DNA of 63,154 bases, counting the filler, from Octopus bimaculoides (Eukaryota): NCBI RefSeq assembly GCF_001194135.2. It is 7 parts of 7 records of this genome, joined end to end, with 100 filler letters (N's around TTAATTAATTAA, not from the genome) between each part and the next. Parts side by side here need not be neighbours in the genome. Positions count along the whole stretch, not along the records: positions 1 to 6,287 come from NC_068985.1; positions 6,388 to 15,277 come from NC_068991.1; 5 more parts are not named here. The stretch is one strand, 5' to 3'. Under the pieces are notes generated by a model. It was not told the origin of the DNA, ran no database searches, and worked only from the letters and a program-made list of their open reading frames with translations. The position numbers and the translations under genes are program-made. Positions within the stretch are counted from its first letter, which is position 1. Every line of letters starts with the position of its first letter. Below, piece after piece: positions 1 through 12,404 of the stretch.

Positions 1-48
<48 letters not shown>

Positions 49-71
49 ATGTATATGCATGTATATGTATA

Positions 72-110
<39 letters not shown>

Positions 111-300
111 TATACACGGCATGCACAGACGTTTCGTTATATGTTACACGTCTGTGTGTATGTGAGCGCCTATAGATAGACAGACAGGCTGACAGAAAGA
201 CTGACAGACACAAGCAAGCAGACTGACAGACAGACAGACAGTCAGGCAGACAGACAGATAGATAGATAGATAGATAGATAGATAAGAAAACACACGCACA
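1..300. repeat. Compound microsatellite (AT)n/(GT)n/(GACA)n/(GATA)n
   Basis: Directly visible tandem repeats. Confidence 0.95.
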
Positions 301-1281
301 CACGTTCTCAGTTCAAACAATCGATGCAGTTAATCTCAAGATAAATGCAAGTCAGTCGAATTCCCTGCAATTCATCATAAATATCGTCTTGGTTATCTCT
401 CGGTGCCTGGCACCATGCAGACAATAGCCTTAATCCGACCAACGAAAATCAAGGATTAATATTGCTAAGTAGCTTATGTCTAAATGAATACACTGGACCA
501 ATGAACCAAGAATTAGTGGCGAGGGTTTCAGCACTGTTTCGCGAGAGCTTCTTCTATTGCTTTACCGTTATGGTTTAATTGCCTGTCTATCGGTCTCTTT
601 CTCTTACTCTCTGTCTCAGCCAATGTCACTTCCCAGCTAACATATACATACATACATACACACACAAGTGCACACAAACGCATGTCTGTGTGTGTGTGTA
701 TATATATATATATATAACGTGTGTACATGTGTGTTCTTATCTATTTATCTATCTCTCTATTTATCTGTCTATTTTTCTGTGGATCTGTCTGCCTGCCTGC
801 CTGTCTATACGCACACACCTTTTATTTTTCATTTTTATATATATATGTTTGTGTGTGGGTATATATGTGTTTGTGTGTGTGCATATATATATATGTATAT
901 GTATACATATATATATATATATATATACATNNNNNNNNNNNNNNNNNNNNNNNNNNNNNNNNNNNNNNNNNNNNNNNNNNNNNNNNNNNNNNNNNNNNNN
1001 NNNNNNNNNNNNNNNNNNNNNNNNNNNNNNNNNNNNNNNNNNNNNNNNNNNNNNNNNNNNNNNNNNNNNNNNNNNNNNNNNNNNNNNNNNNNNNNNNNNG
1101 TGTGTGTGCGCGCGTCAGTGTGCATGTGTACGCACATGTGTATGTATGTATGCATTTATGTATGTATGCGTGCGTGTATATGCATATATATATATGTGTG
1201 TGTGTGTGTGTATGTACGTTTGTATGTATGTATTCAAGTATTCTGCATATTCGTGTGTTTGTGTGTGCATGTTTGTGCGCT

Positions 1282-1353
<72 letters not shown>

Positions 1354-1456
1354 TGTNNNNNNNNNNNNNNNNNNNNNNNNNNNNNNNNNNNNNNNNNNNN
1401 NNNNNNNNNNNNNNNNNNNNNNNNTGTGTGTGTGTGTGTGTGTGTGTGTATCTATG

Positions 1457-1625
1457 TCTCTTATCATTTAAATCCTTCCTCTGAAGAAGGAACTGGTTCC
1501 TAACAAAGATACAAAGCTCCGTCTTTGGAATGTAGTTAACGAAAACAACGTCACATCTTAAGCCTGAGAAAAGTCTTGCATAGCTTTACTGTTCCGCTTA
1601 CAGATAATATTTGTAATGTGCGAAT
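1457..1625 (-). mobile_element. 3' end of R4/Dong-like RLE non-LTR retrotransposon
   Basis: Minus strand encodes TLQILSVSGTVKLCKTFLR (compare LQIQSITGTVKICKTF at 12615-12830), followed by a 3' UTR similar to the other copies. It ends against a (CA)n/CATA tract. Confidence 0.7.
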
Positions 1626-2165
1626 CAGTTGTCTCTCTTTCTCTCTGTTTCTCTCTTTTCTCTCTTTTCTCTCCCTCTCTCTCTCTCTCTTTCTCTTTCC
1701 TTCACTCTAACTCATCAATGCTACTATCATCATTATCATCTCTAGTACTTCTATCTTTATCACCACCTCCACCGTCACCACCACCACCACTACCACCTCC
1801 ACCTACACTCCCATATCGACAACTACCTCCATCACCACAACCACCATCACAACCATCAACATCCCTGCTACTACCACCACCACCACCACCACCATCTCAA
1901 CCACCTACAATAAACTACTACTACTGCTGTTACGAATATTACTACTACTACAATCACTACCACCACCACCACCACCACTTCTACCACCACACCCTCCTCT
2001 ACCACCAATACCACTAACACTGCTCTTATTACTGTTTCTACATTTAACACAACCCCTACACTTACTAACAAAATTACCAACGCTACCACCACTATCACAG
2101 CAGACAGCGCAACCACCGCCACTACTATAGAAGCCAGTACAATCACCGCCACTACCACGTATGCT
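1620..2165. repeat. Low-complexity (CT)n and (CAC/TAC)n tract
   Basis: Visible imperfect trinucleotide repeats. These explain the Pro/His/Val-rich spurious ORFs. Confidence 0.9.
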
Positions 2166-2589
2166 CCTATCATACGATTTGGAAATTGGTGCCTCGGGTT
2201 CCTCAAGACTTGCAGCTTGAATCACGTTGTTTTTAATAAGACTCTTTTAGCAAAATAACAATGATTAGTAAGAGATTTGATGTCATATGACTTTGCGACT
2301 AATTGCTTCAGTCCCCTAAAGGGGGCAATGCGAGATACTTTGATGGTAAGGGCCCAATTGTCTGAAAATGAATAAATGAATAAATAAAATAACTGATTAA
2401 CTAACTAATAATGAATAAATAAATAAAACACAGAAATAAAATATATAAAATAAATAAAGAGAATCAGTTTCTTTTAACTTTGCCAGTTCATCAGTTTATG
2501 CATGTATATGGCATATGTACGTACATGTATGTATGCGTGTGTAGGCGTACGTGCGCGCGCGCGCGCGTATGCATGAAAGGAGTCGATAG

Positions 2590-2705
2590 CGCGTAGGATA
2601 AAATACCTTGCCGTATGTCTTTCGGTTCTCTGAGCTCTGAGTTCAAATTCTGCTGAGGTAAGTTTTACTTTCTCTCTTTTGACGGTCGATAAAGTTCCAC
2701 TTAAT
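2590..2705 (+). mobile_element. tRNA-derived SINE family B, fragment
   Basis: B-box-like GAGTTCAAATTC followed by ...gacggtcgataaag, matching the other family B copies. Confidence 0.55.
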
Positions 2706-2761
2706 ACAGCAACAGATCCCTTTTTCTTTCTGAGTTTCTGTTCCCATCCCTGATGCTTAAA

Positions 2762-2797
<36 letters not shown>

Positions 2798-3756
2798 GCA
2801 TATATAATTAAGGATAAAATCAATTAATGATCTTATCAGTGGCCAGTACTCTTAATCATAATACCGGCTGCTATTTCTAGCAATTACCATATATATAATA
2901 TATCTAATATATCTAATATATATATATATATATNNNNNNNNNNNNNNNNNNNNNNNNNNNNNNNNNNNNNNNNNNNNNNNNNNNNNNNNNNNNNNNNNNN
3001 NNNNNNNNNNNNNNNNNNNNNNNNNNNNNNNNNNNNNNNNNNNNNNNTATATGTGTGTATATATATGCGTGGCGTTCAATCATACGCATCCTCTTCTAAG
3101 TAAGTTTATCTTAATAACTCTGATGCGCACTCTATACGTTTTCACACTTTCGTTTTTCTCTCTTTCTCTTTCTTATTCTTTTACCTCATCTTCTCCCGCT
3201 ATTCTATCCTATTACTCTGTCACTCTCTCTCTCTCTCTCTCTCTCCCTCACTCTTCCTACCTTGCTCACGTGGCTCACACGTGACCATCGGCCATCTTTC
3301 TTCTCGTAACTTGTGTTTCTTTCATTCTCCCTGTTGTAGCTGGAATAAGGAAGACGTGTTCTTGTCTGTCTCCTGTCCAAGCTTGATTTACGCGTTCGCA
3401 TAAAATAGCATATAGGTTGTAAAATGGCATATATGTCAATCGATACAGGGTAGTGAAACGACACATTGGCTAATAAACTATACTTATATAGGCTACAATA
3501 CATAGGTTGGCGAGGCAATAGACAGGCTAGTGAAATGATACATGGGCTATTCCAGCCATACAGTCTAGTCAAACGACACATGAGCTAGTGGTGAATTAAA
3601 TGAAGATGAAAATAAAATGAAGCTGGAATGATATTAATTAGAGAGGAAACGCTAGACAAGTAGAGATATGTAGTTTGCCAAGAGCTCGACAAAATACGGT
3701 GAGATCCATCATTTCAAAGCTGAGAATCAAGCTGCTTATCAGCAAGCTATTGCTCC

Positions 3757-3761
3757 TTTGA

Positions 3762-3811
<50 letters not shown>

Positions 3812-3883
3812 ATAATAATAATAATAATAATAATAATGATATCACCAATAATAATAGTAATAATGATGATGATGATGATGATG

Positions 3884-3941
<58 letters not shown>

Positions 3942-4089
3942 TAATAATAATAATAATAATAATAATAGTAATAGTAATAATAATAATAATAATAATAATG
4001 ATGATGATGTTGATGATAATGATGATAATAATAATAGTAATAGTAATGAAATAATTATAATAATAATGATGATGATGATGATGATGATG

Positions 4090-4149
<60 letters not shown>

Positions 4150-4150
4150 A
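3757..4150. repeat. Compound trinucleotide microsatellite (TAG)n(TAA)n(TGA)n
   Basis: Directly visible. Confidence 0.97.
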
Positions 4151-4572
4151 ATCTATAATTTTGTTTTCTCTACGCATTAAATATGTGCCGTCTGAATGTT
4201 TTCGTTCCACCAACTTTGAATCCATACGCCTTATCCCCAATCCCACGACCGAAAAGCGTGAGTAAAAACAAAACACAAGAGAAGATAATCTATTGACAAG
4301 ATAATATGATAGATAATAACACAGAAGCTAAAGGAAGTTTCCAAACGATAACAATAAAACCTAACGCTTCTTCAGAGATGCTTTTACCAACCCCTTCCAG
4401 TCTGGAGGGAGAGAATGTTTCTGCTTTGTGAAACGACTTTGATTGCAATTTGGTTTAGACAACCAATTCGTTGAGTGATTAGAACATGACACACAATGCC
4501 TCACGGTATTTGTCCTGATTCTTTGCGTTCAAATCTCACCGAAAATAAAATTTTGCCTTTCATATTTTCGGT

Positions 4573-4964
4573 TACTCTTTTACTCTTTTACTTGTTTCAG
4601 TCATTTGACTGCGGCCATGCTGGGGCACCGCCTTTAGTCGAGCAAATCGACCCCAGGACTTATTCTTTGTAAGCCTAGTACTTATTCTATCGGTCTCTTT
4701 TTGCCGAACCTCTAAGTTACGGGGAGGTAAACACACCAGCAACGGTTGTCAAGCGAAGTTGGGGGGGGGAATACAGACACACAAACATATACACACACAT
4801 ACATATATACATATATACGACGGGCTTCTTTCAGTTTCCGTCTACCAAATCCACTCACAAGGCTTTGGTCGGCTCGAACCTATAGTAGAAGACACTTGCC
4901 CAAGGTGCCACGCAGTGGGACTGAACCCGGAACCATGTGGTTAGTAAGCAAGCTACTTACCACA
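4573..4964 (-). mobile_element. tRNA-derived SINE family A, near full length
   Basis: Reverse complement of the 61350-61748 copy: TGTGGTAAG A-box-like, GGTTCAGTCC B-box-like, CCTTGGGCAAG, internal microsatellite and GAGTAAAA tail. Confidence 0.9.
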
Positions 4965-4982
4965 AAAATAACATCAATCCAA

Positions 4983-5085
4983 GGCGGTCGATTGGCTGAA
5001 GTGTAAGAACACTGGACAAGATGCCTTTCAGTATTTGCTCGAGCTTTCAGCGTTCTGAGTTCAAAACTCGCCAAGGCCAACTTTA
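4983..5085 (+). mobile_element. SINE family B head, degenerate
   Basis: ggcggtcgattggc...gttctgagttcaaaactcgcc resembles the head at 14143-14229. Confidence 0.55.
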
Positions 5086-5384
5086 GTAGCAGATTTCAAC
5101 CATCGTCCGGTTAACACTATCACCTGGCAACTTCATTGCCTTTAGTGAAGTCTGCTATGTTGCAAGTATTCGGGTCTGGTTTCTGGTTTGAGGATATCTT
5201 CCTTACTTCCTCTCGCTAGCATCAGGCTTAGAGGCCCTGTACCAGGTCATGAGTGTTATCTTCCCTCTGATTAAAAAATAAAAGAAATTGTATCACTGTG
5301 CCACTGTCCAGAAAGTAGGCGTAATTTTACACGGTTGTCTTATTTATAGTTTTATCTATAAATATAATTTTGCGCCTAAGTTGA

Positions 5385-5540
5385 ATGTTCTAAGTTCAAA
5401 CCCCGCTTAGGTTGACTTTGCATTTCATCTTTTTGGGTTCGATAAAATGGATATCATCTGAGCACTGGGATTAATGTAGACGACTGGTCCTCCCCACGCC
5501 ATCCCAAATTCCAAGGCTTGTACTCATTGTAGAAAAAAAA
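5385..5540 (+). mobile_element. SINE family B body and tail, degenerate
   Basis: gttctaagttcaaacccc...gactttgcatttcatc...tcgataaaat...poly(A). Confidence 0.6.
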
Positions 5541-5579
5541 TTCTACGTTTCTATTTCAAATATTTCTGAAGTCAATATA

Positions 5580-5694
5580 CAGGGAGTCCACAAAGTCTGG
5601 GTACATGGAGTAAATAAAATCATAACATAAACAATTAAATGTAAGAAGTAATAATTTCTTATAGTATGTGTACCCAGACTTTGTGGGCACCCTG
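5580..5694. mobile_element. 115-bp Tc1/mariner-type MITE
   Basis: TA|CAGGGAGTCCACAAAGTCTGGGTACA ... TGTACCCAGACTTTGTGGGCACCCTG|TA: 26-bp TIRs with 2 mismatches and TA flanks. Confidence 0.85.
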
Positions 5695-6037
5695 TATATT
5701 ATCCTGGTCAATTCTGCCTTTCACGACACATCAAATAAAATACCAGTGAAATACTGAGGTCAATGAATCCGACTATATACTTCCTCTTTTGTTAGAAGTA
5801 GATTCATCATGTGAGCCTGGATGATTGCTTTGCTATAAAATTATTGCCATACTTTATTAAGATCTGTAAGATAAAAGAAGTTGATTCAGGTTGTTAATTG
5901 CTGTTGGAAACATTGAAAAGTGAGCGGTATACTATAAGCATATTGTATAATATCTTATATAATATATCCCTATCGTTCGTACCATTTTCCCTAGAACGAA
6001 ATCAGCAATACCATAATTAATAATCTATATATCTATC

Positions 6038-6063
<26 letters not shown>

Positions 6064-6075
<12 letters not shown>

Positions 6076-6287
6076 GCACTCCGTCGCTTACGACGTCGAG
6101 GGTTCCAGTTGATCCGATCAACAGAACAGCCTGCTCGTGAAATTAACGTGCAAGTGACTGAGCACTCCACAGACACGTGTGCTCTTAACGTAGTTCTCGG
6201 GGATATTGAGCGTGACACAGTGTGACAAGGCTGACCCTTTGAATTACAGGCACAACAGAAACAGGAAGTAAGATGAGAGAAAGTTGT
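6064..6287 (-). mobile_element. SINE family C, 3' body with (CAA)n tail
   Basis: Ends in a (CAA)n tail on the minus strand. The segment aaacaggaagtaagatgagagaaagttg overlaps the tRNA-headed piece at 44428-44632. Confidence 0.7.
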
Positions 6288-6387
6288 NNNNNNNNNNNNN
6301 NNNNNNNNNNNNNNNNNNNNNNNNNNNNNNNTTAATTAATTAANNNNNNNNNNNNNNNNNNNNNNNNNNNNNNNNNNNNNNNNNNNN
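6288..6387. other. Assembly spacer N44-TTAATTAATTAA-N44 (the 12-mer recurs at 15322, 37246, 43379, 49915 and 55883)
   Basis: The identical 12-mer sits in the middle of ~100-bp N runs six times. Confidence 0.9.
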
Positions 6388-6460
<73 letters not shown>

Positions 6461-6933
6461 AGTGTATCCCGGTGGTTAACTATTATAGGAGAAACAATCT
6501 CTTTTAGATTAAGTTAAATACTGTAAGATTTGAAAATTTTGAATTTACATTAAAGAATATTGAAGGTTGCAGGGCATACACATTTAATATATTTTTCTAA
6601 ACATTATAGAGATCTTAAAGTTTCTACTCATTGGTAGCCATGTAGAACAGCACTATTTCATCCTTCATTGGAATCGTCAGCACGGCTTAATTTGAGACAA
6701 ATAAGTTAGCTTTCAACATTTGACGAAGTTTTTTGTTGAGAGAAAAATGTTTATAGTTCAAAAGGTATTCTTCATTTTTTTGTCGCTCTGTTCGGCGAGA
6801 GAGAGAGATAGAGAGAGATAGGGGAATTTAGCACATACCAGTTAATATACATACATGTACATACACACATGTACATACAAACCTCCCGCCTCCATACATA
6901 CACGCCCCACCCCCCAATATATATATACACATA

Positions 6934-7643
6934 CAAGTTGCATTCCAGAAAGTTTGAGACATTTTTGCGAGAGATAGTTATAACTGTTTTAAAGTATTGT
7001 AATTTTAGCATATCATTACTCTACATTTAATAAGCTGATCTGTTAACTTTTGTTATTCAAGGCTGAAAGATCCAACTGTAACAGTACTTTGAACGCGCTC
7101 TACAAAACACTGTGTGTCGCAGCTGACTGGTCTGCAGAATGCAGTCGGGACGTCAAGACAACTTAGAATCTCGCTATGCAATTAAGTTTTTGGTAAACTG
7201 GACAAAACACTGTAGAAACTTATGGAATGGTCCAAACTGCTTATGGATTAGCTTTATGAGCTGAGTACCTGTTTTATGCTAGCACAAAAGGCTAGGTAAA
7301 GCAAGTTCACCGGGAAGCTCATGATAATCCCTTTTTCGACAGCAAGAGCACCAACTACATCCACTGGGTTGCCTCTGGCCAGATGGTCACCAAAGAGTAC
7401 TTCGTAGAGTCTTGAGGGAGTTCAAGAAGCGATTTCATCGGGGCAGTGAAACCTGCACCAGAACAACACACAAGTCAACGATTTAATCCTCGTTTTGACA
7501 GAAAGGGTCATCAAAAACTATCCCTCACTTTCCCTTCAGCCCAGACCTTGAAGTCGGAGGATCCAATTTTGAAGTTTTGTATTTCTTTGAAATTAATAAA
7601 TGTCTCTCCTGAAAAAGTATCAAAACTTTTGGAATTCACCTAG
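6934..7643 (+). mobile_element. Internally deleted, decayed mariner transposon
   Basis: Imperfect ~28-bp TIRs flanked by TA. Remnant peptides: RYAIKFL..ETYGMVQTAYG, KLMIIPFFDSK..HWV.SGQMVTKEYFVE and FPFSPDL (YSPDL motif). Confidence 0.85.
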
Positions 7644-7979
7644 TATGTAATAACAGATGTATAAATTGATTCTTTGTCGGAAGAATTTCTAATAGGAAAT
7701 TTCTTACATGTTAATTCAACATTCACAATTTTGCGATTCTTAATTAGCAAACGAAGCCTGTACATTGGTGAATAAATAATAATAAAAAAAATTCTAGAGT
7801 ACTGTTTTCCTATATAATACCTCTGCGAATAACATTTCCAGAAATTCCAACTCTAATATGTACCTCACATCGACAACATCTACATATTGGATTGTAATAC
7901 TGGAAATGAGCAGATGTGCTTCAAGAGGACACAACTTGATTTTTTCCCCTACCTACATAACATTACACATATATTGTCT

Positions 7980-8208
7980 TATTCTTTTACTTATTTCAGT
8001 CATTTGACTGCGACCATGCTGGAGCACCGCCTTAATGGGTTTTTTAATCGAAGAAATCGACCCAGGACTTATTCTTTGAAAGCCTAGTACTTATTCTATC
8101 GGTTACCTTTGCCGAACTACCAGGTTGCGGGGATATTAACACACCAACATCAGTTGCCAAGCGATGGTGGGAGGACAGACACAGACATAAAGACACTCAC
8201 ACATAAAT

Positions 8209-8243
<35 letters not shown>

Positions 8244-8328
8244 TACGACGGACTTCTTTCAGTTTCCGTCAGCCAAATCCACTCACAAGGCTTTGGTCGG
8301 CCCTAGTCTTTGGTCGGCACTTGCCTAA
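7980..8328 (-). mobile_element. SINE family A (head lost in gap)
   Basis: Colinear with the 4573-4964 copy. Confidence 0.85.
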
Positions 8329-9293
8329 NNNNNNNNNNNNNNNNNNNNNNNNNNNNNNNNNNNNNNNNNNNNNNNNNNNNNNNNNNNNNNNNNNNNNNNN
8401 NNNNNNNNNNNNNNNNNNNNNNNNNNNNNNNNNNNNNNNNNNNNNNNNNNNNNNNNNNNNNNNNNNNNNNNNNNNNNNNNNNNNNNNNNNNNNNNNNNNN
8501 NNNNNNNNNNNNNNNNNNNNNNNNNNNNNNNNNNNNNNNNNNNNNNNNNNNNNNNNNNNNNNNNNNNNNNNNNNNNNNNNNNNNNNNNNNNNNNNNNNNN
8601 NNNNNNNNNNNNNNNNNNNNNNNNNNNNNNNNNNNNNNNNNNNNNNNNNNNNNNNNNNNNNNNNNNNNNNNNNNNNNNNNNNNNNNNNNNNNNNNNNNNN
8701 NNNNNNNNNNNNNNNNNNNNNNNNNNNNNNNNNNNNNNNNNNNNNNNNNNNNNNNNNNNNNNNNNNNNNNNNNNNNNNNNNNNNNNNNNNNNNNNNNNNN
8801 NNNNNNNNNNNNNNNNNNNNNNNNNNNNNNNNNNNNNNNNNNNNNNNNNNNNNNNNNNNNNNNNNNNNNNNNNNNNNNNNNNNNNNNNNNNNNNNNNNNN
8901 NNNNNNNNNNNNNNNNNNNNNNNNNNNNNNNNNNNNNNNNNNNNNNNNNNNNNNNNNNNNNNNNNNNNNNNNNNNNNNNNNNNNNNNNNNNNNNNNNNNN
9001 NNNNNNNNNNNNNNNNNNNNNNNNNNNATATATATATATATATATAATGGAGAAATTGTACAAAATGTATAAATGGATGATGAGTAAAGCACCGGCACAG
9101 TTTCGATTACTTGTTGTTATATATATATATACTAGACTACTCATGACCCGTTGGGTCATCTGGAAAGTCTGAGTTTCCCAGCAACAAAGTTTTGTTTAGT
9201 GGGGTTTTTTTCTTTTCCAGGTTATTTTGCATGTTTTCAACGAATGTGACATCGAAATCACGCTTAAATGGCTCTTTTCCCCAGAAAAGAAAA

Positions 9294-9406
9294 GATTTGA
9301 CTGCTATTTCTTGCACGCCCTTCTACCACGTAATAAATATTTCGGGTCCTTTATTGCAAATAGCTGTTACGTGGTAGCAGGGCGTGCTAGAAATAGCAGC
9401 TAAATC
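9294..9406. repeat. 40-bp inverted repeat with 33-bp spacer
   Basis: gatttgactgctatttcttgcacgcccttctaccacgtaa pairs with ttacgtggtagcagggcgtgctagaaatagcagctaaatc (about 4 mismatches). Confidence 0.85.
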
Positions 9407-11105
9407 CTTGGAGCTGAGATACGTTGAATGTACTCCAAAACAGTTTTGTAGCGGTATTCCCTTGGGGCAATCTTTCACTTTGACTCTCAGAACTGTCGCT
9501 TTGATCTGTCATCCGGATCAACTGGTTTTGTTCGTTAATTTCCGTAATTTTTTATTTACTTATTTACTGATGTTTTAAAGTGAAATAGGAGAAAGTGAAA
9601 GATGTATGAACGTGTATATGAAATAGACAAGCGCGCACGTGCGTACGCGCGCGTGTGTGGGAGAGAAAGAGAGAGAGAGAGAGAGTGCCACTTACACATA
9701 CATGAGAACATACACGTTCACTCACTCTCTCTTACACACACATGCACACGTACATACAAAAAAGATGTATGCATATGTACTGATGCATGTACGTATACAT
9801 GACAACACACTCCTTCACTCACTCTCCCTCTTCCTCTCTCTCTCTTTCTTCCTCTCTCTCTCTTTCTTCCTCTCTCTCTTTCTTCCTCTCTCTCTTTCTT
9901 CCCCTCTCTCTTTCTTTCTCTCTCTCTTTCTTCTTCTCTCCCATTCACACACACACGTCCATTTCATATACACATGCATGTGTGTGTATATGCCACAGAT
10001 AGCGGATGTGTGTTTGTGTTGATTGACACACCATGACATTCATTATGTGTGTATGTATTCTGTATGTGTGTATGTGTGTTGACGTCACGGGAGCCATGTT
10101 CTTTTTTCGTGAAGAAATAACAAACAAAAATTGTGTTTAATCGTTTTCATTAATAAATAGAGGTCCAGATATACTATTTCTGAGATATTTCGGGTACATA
10201 CAAACATCTCTCGAGCTTTAATATTAGTAAGATATATANNNNNNNNNNNNNNNNNNNNNNNNNNNNNNNNNNNNNNNNNNNNNNNNNNNNNNNNNNNNNN
10301 NNNNNNNNNNNNNNNNNNNNNNNNNNNNNNNNNNNNNNNNNNNNNNNNNNNNNNNNNNNNNNNNNNNNNNNNNNNNNNNNNNNNNNNNNNNNNNNNNNNN
10401 NNNNNNNNNNNNNNNNNNNNNNNNNNNNNNNNNNNNNNNNNNNNNNNNNNNNNNNNNNNNNNNNNNNNNNNNNNNNNNNNNNNNNNNNNNNNNNNNNNNN
10501 NNNNNNNNNNNNNNNNNNNNNNNNNNNNNNNNNNNNNNNNNNNNNNNNNNNNNNNNNNNNNNNNNNNNNNNNNNNNNNNNNNNNNNNNNNNNNNNNNNNN
10601 NNNNNNNNNNNNNNNNNNNNNNNNNNNNNNNNNNNNNNNNNNNNNNNNNNNNNNNNNNNNNNNNNNNNNNNNNCTGTATGAAGCTGGATTTCTGGGAAGG
10701 GAATTATAGAAAGCTAAAATCAAAACGTTTGTGTAACAGAAAGTCTATAACAGGGAAGGAAAACTTATTTCTGGATTCTTTGTCACTCTTAATAGAAATC
10801 CGAGGTGATTTCTAATTATCGTCCCAGATAAAATCGAGGTGATAATTCTACCATGAACGAAAGTTAATGTTGACGGAATTGTTCCCATTACATCGTTAGG
10901 CAACAATTTTCATCTCATCACCTTGCCTCACAAAATTGGAACGAAGATTATCAACAACCAACAAGAGTCAGTCTTTCAAACCGAATGCGGTTTAAAGTTT
11001 TATTCATAGCAGACACCTGATCGATCAGTCACGTTCTTTCATGCTCATAAAACTCCGAGTAGTGACCATATATATTTGAATTTACTATATATATATATAT
11101 TCATG

Positions 11106-12332
11106 CGAGGTTGGCTGAAAATTTCATAAACTGACCATGATACTCTCATGGAATGTGACCAAATGAAGCTTATTTTACAACATAGTGTCCTTTATGGTCC
11201 ACACATTTCTTGTATCGGTGTTGCAGTGCTTGGATCCCATTAGTGAATAAGCTTTCATCCTGTTGCTCAAAAAAGTCATCAACACTGCAAAACAGGTTCT
11301 CAACCCAGTATTTTTTCATGTTGGGGAACATATGATAGTTAGATGGGGCTAGATCAGGAGAATAGGGGGATGGGGGATGATCAATCAGTTCAAAGCCACA
11401 GTCGCACACAGCAGTCATTGAAACCAACGACTCATGTATTATCCTAATGAAACAAGATCCATTTCATCAGTTTTCCTGGGTGTTTGTCTTTATAGCCTTT
11501 TGTAACTGCTTCAGTTGGTATAGTACTCTCCATTAATGGTGTGGCCCTTTTTGAAGATAGTCAATCAACACAACGCCTATTTCATTAAAAAAATACTGAG
11601 GCCACCACCTTCCCTGCAGACGAAACGATCTTGGTCTTGTTGGGAACAGGTGAGGAAGGGTTTTTTTCACTGCATAGGTTGTCTCTTTGTCTTTAGCTCA
11701 AAATGATGAAACCAATATTCATCCACGATTAGAAAACGTTCAAGGAAACCAGCTGGATCTGCCCCAAACAATGTTAGATTTTTCCGTGATGTGATCAGCT
11801 TGGTGCACTTTCGATCAGGTGTCATAAGACGTGGCACCCTTCATCATGTTAAGTTCATTGTGTAGAATATTCTCAACTCTCTTACGGTACATACTAATAG
11901 CATTGATTATTTGATTTATAGCCAATCGCCTGTAATCTATCACCATATAGTGGTGGCAGGTGCGGGATGTCCTGACCTTGGGTCATCTTCAAGACTCCTT
12001 GTTCTCCTAAATTCAGCTGCTCACTTTTGCACTGCTTATAAAGCTGTAGCGTCATCCCCTAATTTAGCAAGCATGTCAGCATGAATGTCGTTAGGGGACA
12101 AACCCTTTTACTGCAGGTATTTGATAAAACCACCATGCCAAATTTTGTCAAGTTTCAAGAGATGTCACTACCAGTTACATTTGAAGTCTTCTTTGAACAG
12201 TAAGATGTCAGTTTACCTGGAAGAAAACAATGAAGTTATCAATAAGTAGAGCTGAAATTAATGCATGCAAGATTTCACAGCTCTAGCATCACTCTTTCAG
12301 AGTCAGCCTATGAACTTTGCAGCCCACCCTCG
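11106..12332 (-). mobile_element. Full-length-sized decayed mariner (about 1.23 kb)
   Basis: TIRs cgaggttggctgaaaatttcataaactgac / gtcagcctatgaactttgcagcccaccctcg|TA. ORF 11170-11427 gives CGFELIDHPP.PYSPDLAPS...GIQALQHRYKKCVDHKGHYVVK. The transposase is disrupted. Confidence 0.9.
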
Positions 12333-12404
12333 TATGTATGTATGTATGTATGTATGTATGTATGTACGTACGTACGTACGTACGTACGTACGTACGTACG
12401 TATG

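Noticed and set aside
1616-2225. Pro/His-rich and Gly/Val-rich ORFs resembling extensin-like or structural proteins
   Set aside because: They arise from an imperfect (CAC/TAC)n tract and are open on both strands for compositional reasons.
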